Assembly: GCF_006345805.1 (NCBI RefSeq)
Contig: NC_043000.1
Location: forward strand, 25,296,001-25,360,000
Direction: 5' to 3'
Source of the DNA: Octopus sinensis
Taxonomy: Eukaryota
DNA: 64,000 nucleotides
Positions within the stretch are counted from its first letter, which is position 1, and each line of letters begins with the position of its first letter. Of the stretch, positions 24,604-37,955 are shown one piece after another. A model generated the notes under the pieces. That model worked only from the letters and a program-made list of their open reading frames with translations. It had not been told where the DNA came from and made no database searches. Both the position numbers and the translations under genes were made by a program.

Positions 24604-24884
24604 TGTGTGTATATATGTATGTATGTATGTATGTGTATATATATAATATATACATACGTATAAATGTAAGTATGCATGTATGTATATATATGTACATATG
24701 TGTATATATATATGCATGTATGTATATATATGTATATATATACATATATATGTGTATATATATATGTATGTATATATGTATGTATACAATATATATTTAT
24801 ATATGCATACACACACATTCACACACACGTACACGTGCGCGCATGCACACACACACACACATACACACATATAGGATTGCTACT

Positions 24885-25560
24885 AGAGTGGATTAAATGT
24901 GTTGTGGCAAACAGAACCCAACATGATGTAATCGATAACATTTATTTTGGTACCAGCAAAAAGCATTGGTGGTATCCCCCAGGGTACTGTGTTTGGATCC
25001 ACAAGTTTAGTATTTACACGAACGGCAATGGAAATGCCACCAAACATGCTAAAATAAAATTTTAAAAGACTTTTAGAGATGACTCTATCCTCCAGAAGCT
25101 GATGAAGGGCATTTGTGGCCGAACAGAACTCCAATCTGATGTTGATGCTGTGATTCGACGAGAAAAAATGTTACCAAACGAGTTAAAAATTCGAGCTCAT
25201 CTATTTTAGAAAAGTGAGGTGCCCCAGCATGGCCGCAGCTCCCGAGCTGAAACTAGTAAAAGAAGTAAATGAAAAAAATACTTAAGCACTCATATTCTGT
25301 TGCCCCAGGTGGACTCCTTGTAGCGTCAAATATTACCGGAAGTTTAGGTGTAATTGTGGACAACAATCTAAAATGGAGCGCACACATCACCAATGAAGTC
25401 GATTTGACCCACAGGTCTTACAACTTCCCAGTCTAGAGATCTCGATACCTTTATTCTTCTCTATATTTAGCAGGTCTCACCTTGACTATTGCTGCCAATT
25501 ATGGTTACTGTACAGAGATCGATAACAACAACAAAAAAAAATGGAATGACATGACAGGCC
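24885..25560 (+). pseudogene. Decayed CR1-like RT fragment
   Basis: LLEWIKCVVANRTQH, GGIPQGTVFGS, FRDDS, RSLGVIVDNNLKWSAHI, RSHLDYCCQLW. Confidence 0.7.
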
Positions 25561-25908
25561 TTTACAATTGGAATCGCCTTAAAAAGCTCAAACTATATTC
25601 TCACACAATGGGACTGAACCGGGACCATGTGGTTCAGAAGCAAACTTCTTACCCCACACCTACATCTGCAGCTATGGAAACTCTTCTAAAGGGAAAAAAA
25701 ATGCCAGACAAATGCCGCCAATAAATACCAGACAAACGACCGACACCTGGTTGCTTCTCGGTAAATAACAATTCCTTACTTGAGTAAGTTATTATGCCGT
25801 AAAGCCCGACTTAACGGATTAAGCCAATAAGTGAATAATTAAAAAAAGACAAAATAGGCTCGGATTACCAGTTGATGATCAGAAGCTAGTAACTCTGAGC
25901 ACATGAAA

Positions 25909-25940
25909 TATTGGGTTGGCAAGAAAGTAATTTCGGTTTT
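25909..25940 (+). mobile_element. Single mariner-type terminal inverted repeat
   Basis: TATTGGGTTGGCAAGAAAGTAATTTCGGTTTT resembles mariner/MADE1-like ends; no partner end was found. Confidence 0.45.
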
Positions 25941-25962
25941 TTAGTTTGAAATAAAAGTCATT

Positions 25963-26368
25963 TGTGTGGTAAGTAGCTTGCTAACCAACCACACGGTTCC
26001 GGGTTCAGTCCCACTGCGTGGCATCTTGGGCAAGTGTCTTCTGCTATAGCTCCGGGCCGACCAATGCCTTGTGAGTGGATTTGGTAGACGGAAACTGAAA
26101 GAGGCCTGTTGTATATATGTATGTATATATATGTATGTATGTGTGTGTGTGTTTGTGTGTCTTTGTTCATATCCCTAGCATTGCTTGACAACCGATGCTG
26201 GTGTGTTTACGTCCCCGTCACTTAGCGGTTCGGCAAAAGAGACCGATAGAATAAGTACTGGGCTTACAAAGAATAAGTCCCGGGGTCGATTTGCTCGACT
26301 AAAGGCGGTGCTCCAGCATGGCCGCAGTCAAATGACTGAAACAAGTAAAAGAGTAAAGAGTAAAGAGT
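25963..26368 (+). mobile_element. SINE family A
   Basis: Colinear with 14966-15797 minus the nested insertion; (gagtaaa)n tail. Confidence 0.85.
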
Positions 26369-26384
26369 ATATATAAGCATACAT

Positions 26385-26660
26385 ACATCTTGAGAAATTA
26401 GGTTTCTCAAAACCAGAAACAAACAAGCAAATTCGAAGACTACAGATCCAATCCATCATCGGAACTGTAAAAATCTGTAAGACTTTCCCGAAGTTTTATC
26501 ATTATATATACGCATGAGAATACATACATAAAGCAAAACATACAAATCTGCACTTATACGTGCATACATTAAAAAATACCCTGTTGTTGATGTTGAAATT
26601 CCAGTGAAGGAGCCTTGGATCTAGGTTAGAAACCAGTTCTTTCTCTAATGCCAAGAAATC
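26385..26660 (+). mobile_element. 3' end of another RLE-type non-LTR element
   Basis: LEKLGFSKPETNKQIRRLQIQSIIGTVKICKTF resembles RLE C-termini; followed by a 3' UTR-like segment. Confidence 0.5.
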
Positions 26661-27106
26661 TTGAAATAAAACTGAATAACATACATGTGAGTTTGTGTGT
26701 GTGCGTGCGCGCGCGCGTGTATTTGTTTCCCACCATCAGGGTCTCATCGGAGACAAATAGGGAAAATGAGATTAATGAAATGACAACACAGAGGAGGACA
26801 CAGAGGAGGACACAGAGGACAAGATGTATGTATGTATGCTTATAAGGAATAAGGAGAGGAAGAAAGAGAAGAAAGAAGAAGCATTAAAGTCTGTTTCTGC
26901 ATTTGTCTCCCACCAGTACCAGGGTCGACCAAAAATAGTATTGGAATCGATTCGTTCGCCTAAACTTTGTAAGGTGGTACCCCCAGCACGGGTGCAATCG
27001 AATGATCGAAACAAATGATACACACACATACACACACACACGTACATATCTGTGTGTGTGTGTGTGTGTGTGCGTGTGTGTATGTGTGTGTGTATGTGTG
27101 TGTGTG

Positions 27107-27142
<36 letters not shown>

Positions 27143-27144
<2 letters not shown>

Positions 27145-27736
27145 TGGGAGGCTTAGTGGCTAGGACATTCGGCTCAATTTCTGGCGCCGCGTTGTGTCCT
27201 TCAGCAAGACACTTTATTTCACGTTGCTCCAGTCCACTCAGCTGGCAAAAATGAGTTGTACCTGTATTTCAAAGGGCCACGCTGAATCTCCCCGAGAACT
27301 ACGTTAAAGGTACACGTGTCTGCGGAGTGCTCAGCCACTTGCATGTAATTTCACGAGCAGACTGTTCCGTTGATCGGATCAGCTGGACCCTCATCGTCGT
27401 ACCGACGGAGAGCTGCTTGTGTGTGTGTGTGTGTGTGTGTGTTGTGGTGTGTGTGTGTGGTTGGAGGCTTAGTGGCTAGGACATTCGGCTCAATTTCTGG
27501 CGCCGCGTTGTGTCCTTCAGCAAGACCTTTATTTCACGTTGCTCCAGTCCACTCAGCTGGCAAAAAGAGTTGTACCTGTATTTCAAAGGGTGCCACGCTG
27601 AATCTCCCCGAGAACTACGTTAAAGGTACACGTGTCTGCGGAGTGCTCAGCCACTTGCATGTTAATTTCACGAGCAGACTGTTCCGTTGATCGGATCAGC
27701 TGGGACCCTCATCGTCGTAACCGACGGAGAGGTGCT
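27143..27736 (+). mobile_element. Two tandem copies of SINE family C with tail X, each with the same head deletion
   Basis: 27143-27417 and 27458-27736 are nearly identical and separated by (GT)n. Confidence 0.85.
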
Positions 27737-28396
27737 TGTGTGTGTGTGTGTGTGTGTGTGTTGTAGAGGGGTGCATGTATACACACACATGCTTGTATGC
27801 ATATGTGTGTATATGTATAACTACACACACATAGAGACATACCAAATGTACATATATATATATATACATGCAAACACACATGCATACATACATACACACA
27901 TACATACATGCATACGTGCCTACCTACATACATACATACACACGTACATACATTCATGCATACACACACACACACACACACACATCTATGCATACATACA
28001 TATATGGTTATGGACAACGAGAAGGAAGAACACAGAGCGACAGACAGACAGACAGATAGAAAAGACAGATAGGCAGGCAATCAGACAGACAGAATCAGAC
28101 TTCGGTAGAGAGAGAGAACGTAAGTAACAACACAAAAGTAGACACAAGAAAGTGAAGAGAGAGAAGAATTTCTAGAGAAGCAAATATGTTTTGCTTGGCA
28201 GCGACAACAGATCTTGGGCGGAAGAGGGACAAATTGCCTGTAGGCGATAAAAGCGGTCGCCACCTTTTTTTATCTCTTCCGTTTCCCTCTCCCCTTTCAC
28301 CTTCTCTCCATCTCTCCCCTCTCCTCATCCCTCTCTCTCCTTCCATCATTTCGTAATTGCTTTTTCTACGTCATTATCTTTTTCTTCTTCTTCTTT

Positions 28397-28437
<41 letters not shown>

Positions 28438-28547
28438 TTCGCGTACTCTTCTTTTTCCTTTACTTTTTTCCGTTTTACTCTCTCCCAGACACTTTTTTCT
28501 CTTCTAGCAATCTTGCTTCTTTCTTTTCTTCTTCTCTCTTTCTTTCT

Positions 28548-28591
<44 letters not shown>

Positions 28592-28620
28592 ACATATATA
28601 TAAATAATATAATATCTGTG

Positions 28621-28662
<42 letters not shown>

Positions 28663-28856
28663 CTTATATATATATACTTATTATATATATAATATATATA
28701 ATATATATATATATTATATATATATATATATACATATATATAAACATAATATATTATACACATATATATATACATATATATATATGTTTATATATATATA
28801 TATGTATATGCGTATATATATATATATAAGATGTATATAAGATGTATATATATATG

Positions 28857-28924
<68 letters not shown>

Positions 28925-29157
28925 GTCTCTGTTGTTTTTGCGTTCTTGTCCCACTTTGTAATTTATATTTTATATTTGATTTATATATATATATGGTATA
29001 TATGGTAGGTAGTCCATTAAATATGTAAGTATATGCTTATCTATTGATTTATCTATCTATCTATCTGTCTATCTCTATATGCCTGTCTGTCTCTCGTTAT
29101 TCCTTTTATCTTCCTTACATATTTATCCAAAGGTACCATCCATCTCACCTTCCCTCT

Positions 29158-29207
<50 letters not shown>

Positions 29208-29399
29208 CTCCTCTATATTCTTTCCTTCTTAATCATTCTCACCGTTTTATATTTCTGCAAACCCCATAATTTTTCTATTGTTTCCTTTCTCTCTCTCTCT
29301 CTCTCTCTCATTCTCCTGTCCTTTTTCCTCTCCCCTCTAACCTCCCAGTTTCCTCATATCTAATTATCTCCATTTCATCCTCTTTCTTCTCTTCTATAC

Positions 29400-30250
29400 A
29401 CTTTATATACTCTCTCTCTCTCTTATCGTATAATCTCTATTGTGCTTACAATTTCTTCTTTATCTTCTAAATCTTCCACTAATTCTTTCTTTAATTCTTC
29501 TTCCTTTTCTTCTTTTAATAGTTTGCATTCTCCTTCTTCTTTTTCTTCCTCTTGTTTTTCTCCTTTGTCTCCTTCTTTTAATACTTTGCATTCTCCTTCG
29601 TCTTCCTTCTTCTTTCTTCCGTCTTATCTTTTTCTTTTTCTAATCCTTCTTATTCTCCTCCTCCTTCTTCTTCCTTCTCATTTTCTTCATCTTCCTTCTT
29701 CTTCTTCTTCTTCTTCTTCTTCTTCTTCTTCTTCTTCTTCTTCTTCTTCTTCTTCTTCTTCTTCTTCTTCTCCTTCTTCGTCTCATCGTCGTCGTCTTCT
29801 TCTTTTTCTTCTTCTAATACTTTGCATTCTCCTTCATCTTCCTTCTTTCTTCCTTCTTATCTTTTTCTTCTTTTTCTAATCCTTCTTATTCTCTTCCTCC
29901 TTCTTTCTTCTTCCTTCTCATCTTCTTCATCTTCCTTTATTGTCTTCTTCTTTCTTCCTTCTTAACTTTTTCTTCGTCTTCCTTCTTCTTCTAATCCTTC
30001 TTGTTCTCCTCCTCCTTCTTTCTTCTTCTTTCTCGTCATCATCTTTTTCGTCTTTCCTCTTCTTCTTCTTCTTCTTCTTCTTCTTCTTCTTCTTCTTCTT
30101 CTCTTCTTCTTCTTCTTCTTCTTCTACCACTTCTTCTTCCACTTCTTTCTTATCATCATCATCTTCTTCGTCATCGTCGCATTTGCACTCTTCCTCTCTC
30201 CTTTCCCCCTCTTCTTCCTCCTTCATCTCCTTCTTTGCTTTCCTCCTTCA
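29400..30250. repeat. Polypyrimidine/(TTC)n tract with internal degenerate repeats
   Basis: Directly visible. Confidence 0.9.
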
Positions 30251-30968
30251 CGCCATTCAAAACAAAACTTGAACAAAAGAGACAGAGACACAAGCAGGAG
30301 CGAAGAGGAAGTTGATGAGAGACGTTGCAAACTCGACGCTAAATAAATAATTACTGTTGCGAATTCCCACCACCTCCGCCGCCGCCGCCGCCACTAAACC
30401 CTTTCCCTGTCGAGACAGTTGCCGCGTGATTTGATGGAGATTTTACTGTTATTTTAGATTCCGCCCATAATTCAATTCTGTCGTTTTTTTTTTTTATTGT
30501 CTTTTGTTGAGGTTGTTTTTTTATTTTTTTTTTGGAACTCGCAAAAGAATATGTGTGTATGTACATGCTTGTGTGTGTGTAGACATGTGTGCGCATGCGT
30601 TTATGTTCGTACTTCATTCTCTGCATGTTACTTATTAATGTTATGTCGTCTCCACTTTGTCCTTATCTCGTCTACACCCGCCCCACATACATACACACAT
30701 ACACACATACACACACGCGCGCAGCGCACGCACGCTCACACACGTACGCACACACAGAGCTAAACACAAACTACAATCTTGAGCCACATATATGCACGCA
30801 CGCACGCACACACTAACAAAGAACAATGACATAAAACAATGGAGCCTCTACGTTGTCACTCGACCTGCTAGAAGTAGCAGTTAAATCGTCCTCAAATCAC
30901 ACACAACTGTCTTTTTTAATGCAGGGCACATTCGATGATGTAGTCTCAGATACACTGTTTAAATGAAA

Positions 30969-31481
30969 GGTTGGTTTGTTGGTTGGTTGGTTGGCTGGTT
31001 GGTTGGTTGGTTGGCTGGCTGGTTGATTGGTTGTTGGTTGGTTGGTTGGTTGGTTGGTTGATTGGTTGGTTGGTTAGGTTGGTTGGTTGGTTGGTTGGTG
31101 GCTGGTTGATTGGTTGTGGTTGGTGGTTGGTTGGCTAGGTGGTGCAGTGGTTGGTTGGTTGGCTGGTTGGTTGGTTGGTTGGTTGGTTGGCTAGTGGTTG
31201 GTTGGTTAGTTGGTGGTGGTGGCTGGCTGGCTGGTGGTTGGTTGGTTTGGTGGCTGGTTGGGTGGTTGGTGGTGGTTGGTTGGTTGCCTGGTTGGTTGGT
31301 TGGTTGGTTGGTTGATTGGTGGGTTGGTTGGTTGGTTGGTTGGTTGAATGGCCGGTTGGTTGGTTGGCTGGTTGGCTGGCTGGCTGGATAGTTGGTTGGC
31401 TGGCTGGTTGGTTGGTTGGTTGGTTGGTTGGTTGGTTGGTTGGTTGGTTGGCTGGTTGTTTGGTTAGTTGTTTGGTTGGTT
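30969..31481 (+). repeat. Degenerate (TTGG)n/(CTGG)n tract
   Basis: Directly visible, ~510 bp. Confidence 0.95.
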
Positions 31482-31544
31482 TGTGCTGAAACACCTTTCA
31501 TTATAAACTTGTCCGATCATTATTGACCTAAAGTTAAACAACAA

Positions 31545-31762
31545 CCCTTTCTATTGCAGGCACAAGGCTTGAAATTTTTGGGGAATGGTTACTTGATTAA
31601 CATTGACTCCAGTGCTCGACTGGTACTTATTTTATCGACCCCCGCAAGAATGAAAGGCAAAGTTCGACCTCGGTGGAATTTTAACCTAGAACGCAAAGAT
31701 GGACGAAATTTCGCTAAGCATTTTGCCCGTCGCGGTAGCGACTCTGCCAACTCGTCGCTTTA
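31545..31762 (-). mobile_element. SINE family B (alternative tail)
   Basis: gtacttattttatcgacccc...atgaaaggcaaagt...ctgccaactcgtcgc. Confidence 0.75.
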
Positions 31763-32524
31763 CAGAACTAAATAATAATAACTTCTCCATTCTCAAAAAA
31801 ATATATAAAGGGGTTTCTATGAGACCAGTGAGCTTGCTAGAAATAGCAACCAAGTCTTCCATGAATTTACACCCAAACTTTTTGGAAAGTAAATTGAAAG
31901 ACTTATTTGGTCATCGCGACCTGAGAGAAACTATGGTTGAACAGACAGGATGGCCACAGAGAGAATGTCTATGATCTTAGTTCTGCTGAATCGGGGCTAG
32001 ACAACAACTCCAAATTCTTCAAACAACTTCTTCTGTCAGTTTCTTTTCAGTCAATCTCGTATATTCTACTTCCAGTCATTTTATCCAATGTATTCTAAGT
32101 TATTGGCCAAGTTTTCAACATAAATCACAAAAGAAATATAAACTATAATTGAATCACACTTACCAATTCATATGACACCTCTAAAACGCATATATAACCA
32201 AGACCACGTGATTCTGACTCAGTGTTTGCTCACAAGTCATAAAAAGATGGCTGCGTCGTCTCGTAAATCTCACAGATGTAAGTAAAATAGTATTTTTTTT
32301 ACCTAGTGTTGCCAAATTTTCATTTCTCCATGCTAAAAATTAAGTATATCGAATAGTGAATTCTTTAAGATTTTACTCAATATGTGTTAATTTTTATCTG
32401 ACATATATACGTGTTATTAAATAATCAAATAGATGAATTAAAAATGTTTTATTTTTTATTTTTTAATCCGTGACTGAAGAGGTTCAACTAGCAGATATAA
32501 AGTAGAGTATAAGTAGCTCACAGC

Positions 32525-32956
32525 CAGCGCTGGATTAACCATAAAGCAAAATAAGCACGTGCTTAGGACATCAGGGGAAGGGTGGCACCACAGAAATGGT
32601 AAATGGTCTAAAGCACAAAAGTAATTACTTTAAACTTGCTAAACTGATATTCGAGATGCCTTATCTCTGCTTTGTATAGAAGCAGACGTGTTACGTAAGA
32701 TTAATTTTGAGGATCTGATCAAAGACTTTGCAATTTAAAAAGTAGGGGGAACATTTTTCAAGTGTAAATAAAGCGGAAGTATACAAAAATAAGCACTGTT
32801 TTTCATTTTACAGTTAGTTTCGTTTCATTGTAAAATTTTTAAAAATTATTTTATGGTTTATTATTGTTTATATTTTGAATTATATATATATATATATATG
32901 GGGGCACCGAAATCTTTTAAGTGCTTAGGGCTTCTCTGGGTCATAATCCGACCCTG
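32525..32956 (+). mobile_element. Internally deleted hAT element
   Basis: Ends cagcgctggatt.../...aatccgaccctg. Degenerate 8-bp TSD ctcacagc/cccgcagc. Retains DALSLLCIEADVLRKINFEDLIKDFA, like the hAT dimerisation-domain C-terminus. Confidence 0.7.
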
Positions 32957-32974
32957 CCCGCAGCCGCACGTAGT

Positions 32975-33110
32975 TGGTTACTCAGAGCACGAATTTACGA
33001 CTTCTAAAGCCAACATAGAACAGACGAATAGAGAAGGATCCGGTTACTGGAAGATCAACACGTCCTTTGTAGCGCGGAAAGATTTCAGGATTCGGGTTAG
33101 TATACTAATT
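32975..33110 (+). pseudogene. L1/Tx1-like fragment (end of the APE endonuclease domain)
   Basis: VGYSEHEF...REGSGYWKINTSFVARKDFR, cf. SDH...GPGYWKLNxSLL. Confidence 0.55.
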
Positions 33111-33294
33111 AACTCAGGTTTGTATAAACACACACATGCATATGCAGTGCCACAAACGCACACACAACGACACACATAAACATACACGCTCACATAACAC
33201 TCTTACGTTCACGCACATGCAAATCCTATCATCCTCAACTGAAATGCATTAGTCCAATGTGTTATTCCTTTTTATTGAGCCAGTAGAGCGTGAT

Positions 33295-33615
33295 GGAGAC
33301 GCAATGGTCCAGTGGTTAGGGCAGCGGACTCGCTGTCGGAGGATCGCGGTTTCAATTCCCAGACCGGGCGTTGTATGTGTTTATTAGGGCGGTGAACTGG
33401 CAGAAACGTTAGCACGCCGGGCGAAATGCTTAGCAGTATTTCGTCTGCCGCTACGTTCTGAGTTCAAATCCGCCGAGGTGGACTTTGCCTTTCATCCTTT
33501 CAGAGTCGATTAAATAAGTACCAGTTACGCACTGGATCGATGTTATCGACTTAATCCGTTTGTCTGTCCTTGTTTGTCCCCTTTATGTTCAGCCCCTTGT
33601 AGGCAATAAAGAAAT
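33295..33615 (+). mobile_element. SINE family D head joined to a SINE family B copy
   Basis: ggagacgcaatggtccagtggttagggcagcggactc...cagaccgggcg, then ggcggtgaactggcagaaacgttagc...aaagaaata. Confidence 0.8.
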
Positions 33616-34099
33616 AAATCCAATGATTAAAACAACTAAAAGACAAAAGACAAAATACACATCTGAAACTAAGGAATTATAGTTTCTCCTCTCCCTTTTC
33701 CCTCTCTCCCTAATGTGGGAAACCCTTCAAATGCACGGAGACTACCCTTCATTCTCTGATTAAGTCGTGTATCACTTTCATCTCCCCTCCAATTCTCCTC
33801 AAATCGCTTTTTCTCTTCAGCCTTCCGTTGTCTCACATCACAACTACAAACCCACAACACTTTAAACGAGCATTTATCCCAGACTTACAAATTCACTGGA
33901 ATTCCTCTCCTGCTAATATATTCTCTGTCGGGTATCAATCAATTTTTATCTGCCTCAGAGGCTCAACAAACATCCTGCACTAAACTATTTCAAGACAGAC
34001 AAAATTTGGTATAGAAATTGCTTCTCATAAATCTTCTGCTATGTTTATCTCGATTCGGCCATGTCGCTCTTCTTTCTGGGGGGAAAGTAATCATTTGCG

Positions 34100-34880
34100 T
34101 GCACAAATACATGCATACAGATACATACATACATGCTTGCAGGCATACATATATACACACATACATGCATGCATACATACATACATAAATACATGGATAA
34201 ATACATAAACACATACATGCATGCATACATGTATATATACATACATGCATACATGCATACATACATACACACACACAAACGTAGATTCATACATACATGA
34301 ATACATACATAGATCCATACCTACCATCTTATATGCATATATACATCTATCTATCAATTCATACAAACATACATACATACATACATATATACATACATCT
34401 ATACCTACCTACCTACATGCATATATACATCTATCTATCAATTCATACATACATACATAATACATACATACATACACACATACATACATACATACATACA
34501 TACGCGCATACATCCGTCCATACTTACTCACATAGATATGTGCATACATACATATACACACACACATACCTACATACATATATACATACATACAAGCATA
34601 TATACATGGATCAATGCATACACACATTCATACACACATACACACATACACGCATACATACATGCATATATACATACATACACACATACATACATGCATA
34701 TAATACATACTTACATGCATACACACATACAGGCATACATACATGCATAAATATATACATACATGCATGCATACATACATACACATACATACACATATAT
34801 ACATACATACATACATGCATACATACACATACATACATACATACATACATACATACATACATACATACATACATACATAC
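34100..34880. repeat. Degenerate (TACA)n microsatellite
   Basis: Directly visible. Confidence 0.95.
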
Positions 34881-35209
34881 ATGGAACTATTTATTGTTCG
34901 TATATCCCGGATTTTTCGCAGTATAGACATATTACGCTGCGTCGTAATTTATTACTCTGTCAGCTGATAGCCGGTTCCTTGTGGGGATGTTTACTGTGAG
35001 TGGTGTTTGATTCTAAGAATCCAGTTTTCTACTGTGAATACACACACCAGCACATACAAGCACACATGCACACACGCACACACACTTATACACATCCATG
35101 CGAGCGCGCTCACACACACACATACACATTCATACACGTATGTGTGTGTGCATATATATGTGCGTGTTGGGGGGGAGGAGAAGGCGCATGACGTAGTGGT
35201 TAGCATTCT

Positions 35210-37073
35210 TCACTCCACTCTTACCACCTCCATTCACTACAAACACACAGACTCACACTCATACCTCAACCTCTCTTCCTCCCACCCAGAACACACCAAG
35301 CTTTCCATCCCCTATTCCCAATTCCTCCGTCTACGTAGGCTCTGTAGTGACGACCATGACTTTGAGACTCAGTCTCAACGTATGGCTCACCACTTCACCC
35401 ACGTGGATACCCCCTCACCACTATCCACACCGCCCTTGCCGAGCACGGTCCGTGGACCGTGTATCTGCTCTCTCTCCCCCGAACCCGCCCTGTAGTCTCC
35501 CGCCTCCCTTTTCCCCTCACTTAACCACCACCGACGACCCTACGTTTCCAACGCACCATTCTTCGAGCTTTCCGTCATCTCCAGTCCGACCCGTCCACTT
35601 CACACCTCTTCCCTAACCGACCCCTCCCCTCTTTCCAAACGAGCCCACAACCTTCGAGACCTTTTGGTCCATAGCTCCTTCCCGACCCTACCTCCCAACC
35701 CGGCTCGCTCCCCTGCTCCCGCCCACTTGCCGCACTTGCCCTTACCCTCCACACCACCACCCCCCCCTCACTAGCACCCACCATCGACCCTATCCCATCA
35801 TCCACTCCTCACCTGTACCTCCAGCAATATTATCTATTGCGTCTCTTGCTCTCTCTGCAATTCCTTTTACATCGGACAAACGGACGCACCGCTTGGCTGA
35901 CCGGTTTCGCGAACACCTTCGTGACCTCCACCTTGCGACGACACACCGGTCTCACGCCATTTCGCTCCAACGGTCACTCCTTGCAACACCTATCGTGTTC
36001 GGTTGTCCTCACATAGGCCATCCGGATTCCCGTTATCCGCCGTGAACAGGATTAATCTTCTCTCTTCGCTCTTATACGCCATTTGGTCTCAACTCTCCCC
36101 CCCCCTCCTCATCTAACCCCCCTCTCCCCCTCCTCACCTATCCTTCCCCCCCGATCCCTACTTCTTCAGTCCTTCATCCTTTCACCCCTACTCCCCTTCC
36201 CTCTTCCCCTTTTCCCTCCCTCCTTCCCTCTCCCCTTCCCTCTGCTCCCTCACTCCCTTCTCTCTCCCCCTCCCCCTCCCCTCTTTCCTCCTTCCTCACC
36301 CCTCCTCCTCCCCTCTTCTCTCCCCTTCTTCTCCCCCTCCTCTCCTCTTCCCCCCCTCTCCTCCCCTCTTCTTCCCTCCTCTTCTCCCCCCTCTTCTCCC
36401 CGCCACCTCTTCTCCTCACTACACCCCACACGAACTTTACACATCACATCATATATGATGTGCCATACTAATACATACACCAACTAATACATACTAATAC
36501 GTACTAATACATACTAATACATATACAACCCCACCCTATACATACACACGTCCAGACCCCTCATACGCACTTATACTCTCTCATACCCACACACGCACAC
36601 TTATACATACTATACGTACTAATACATACTAATAATACTAATACATACACCAACCCCATACATACGCCTGTCCAGACCTATCCTACGCACTAATACTAGA
36701 CTCTCTCATACACACACACACCCACCCTTATACATACTAATACATACTAATACATACACCAACCCTATACATACACACGTCCAGACCCCTCCTACGCACT
36801 AATAGTGGTCTTCAATCACCTATTATCACCCCTATTATCAACCCTATTATCTCCCCTTATTTCGCTCTCGCGTCTCATGTTTGATCTTTGACTTCTGGCC
36901 GAAATCAGATCGCCATGTTGATTCGTTAGTTACTGCACGCATTTTTTTTCTCTCCTTCTTTCTGTGTTTTTTTTTCTCTCTGTGTATCTTTCTGTTGAAG
37001 AGCGTAGGCTCGAAACGTTAAAGACTTGTTTTATTTATATTTCCTGAGCGCCATACTAATACAATTGTTTGTT

Positions 37074-37080
<7 letters not shown>
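35210..37080 (+). mobile_element. Penelope-like element 3' part: RT C-terminus, GIY-YIG endonuclease, C-rich tract, tandem repeats, pseudo-LTR
   Basis: HYKHTDSHSYLNLSSSHPEHTKLSIPYSQFLRLRRLCS; TILRAFRHLQSDP; KRAHNLRDLLVHSS; TCTSSNIIYCVSCSLCNSFYIGQ...LADRFREH, with frameshifts. Confidence 0.88.
36987..37024 (+). ncRNA. Minimal hammerhead motif with CUGUUGA core
   Basis: TCTTT-CTGTTGA-A-GAGC-gtag-GCTC-GAAAC-GTT-AAAGA: stem I 5 bp, stem II 4 bp, palindromic AACGTT stem III. Confidence 0.55.
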
Positions 37081-37105
<25 letters not shown>

Positions 37106-37230
37106 GCATGTATGTATGTATGTATGTATGTATGTATGTATGTATATATATATATGTGTGTATGTATGCATGTATGTATGTATGTATCGCGAGAGAGAGA
37201 GAGAGGACAAACGTAAGGAAAATCTACTCA

Positions 37231-37350
37231 GGTTCGAAATTTCCCCAAGACACCTGATGAAGCTGGAGGGTATATCAGCCGAAACGTTGTGTTAACAACA
37301 AACAAGATGAGGACAAATATCCGTCAAATGTAAATAATGTAAATAATGTA
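37231..37350 (+). mobile_element. Family E tail only
   Basis: ggttcgaaatttccccaagacac...aacaagatgaggacaaatatccgtcaaatgtaaataatgt. Confidence 0.8.
37249..37293 (+). ncRNA. Minimal hammerhead motif (family E tail)
   Basis: GACAC-CTGATGA-AGCTG-gagggtatat-CAGCC-GAAAC-GTT-GTGTT: core intact, one G missing in stem II. Confidence 0.65.
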
Positions 37351-37634
37351 TTGCTGACATTTGTATGCACATCAGCGGTAGTCAAATGTTAAACTTGAAA
37401 TGTTTCATAGCCATAATATATGAATAAGATTCACACACGTTTTTATCGTCAGTTACAGATTTTGTTGCATGAATATAAAAGATATATATTTATGCATTAA
37501 TGCATTCAAACTATACCCGTAGTTTCGATAAAATATGCCTAGTTTCACTCAAGAAACCGTCAGTGGCTTTGGGATTTTCAATGGCATATAGAAAAATAAG
37601 GTGTTTTTTTTTTATAAAAAAAAAAAAAGACCCC

Positions 37635-37955
37635 TTTGGTCATGACAACCATGGGATTCCACCTAGAAAGTCCCCCTTCCGAGGTACAAGTCCAAGCAAG
37701 GATGTTTGTAGAAGACCAGAAGTCACTCATGCGTACCAGCCTCTCCTCTCCTCGCCACTGATGTTATCCAAGGGAAAGGCAAAGGGGCCGATACAGCTTG
37801 CCACCAGTGACGTTGCAACTCGTTTCTACAGCTGAGTGAACTGGAGCAACATGAAAAAAAGTGTCTTGCTCAAGAAGACAGCACCCAACTCGGTCCGAGA
37901 ATCGAACTCACTGCCTCATGATTGTGAGCCCGGCGCTCTAACCACTGCGCCATGT
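37635..37955 (-). mobile_element. SINE family C with a different tail (Y)
   Basis: Minus strand gcgcagtggttagagcgccgggctcacaatcatgaggcagtgagttcgattc...ttgagcaagacac...tgctccagttcactcagctg. Confidence 0.75.

Noticed and set aside
25099-25130. CTGATGAAGGGC...GCCGAAC hammerhead-like string
   Set aside because: Lacks GAAA and a stem III/UH site, and lies within CR1 RT coding remnant; likely chance.
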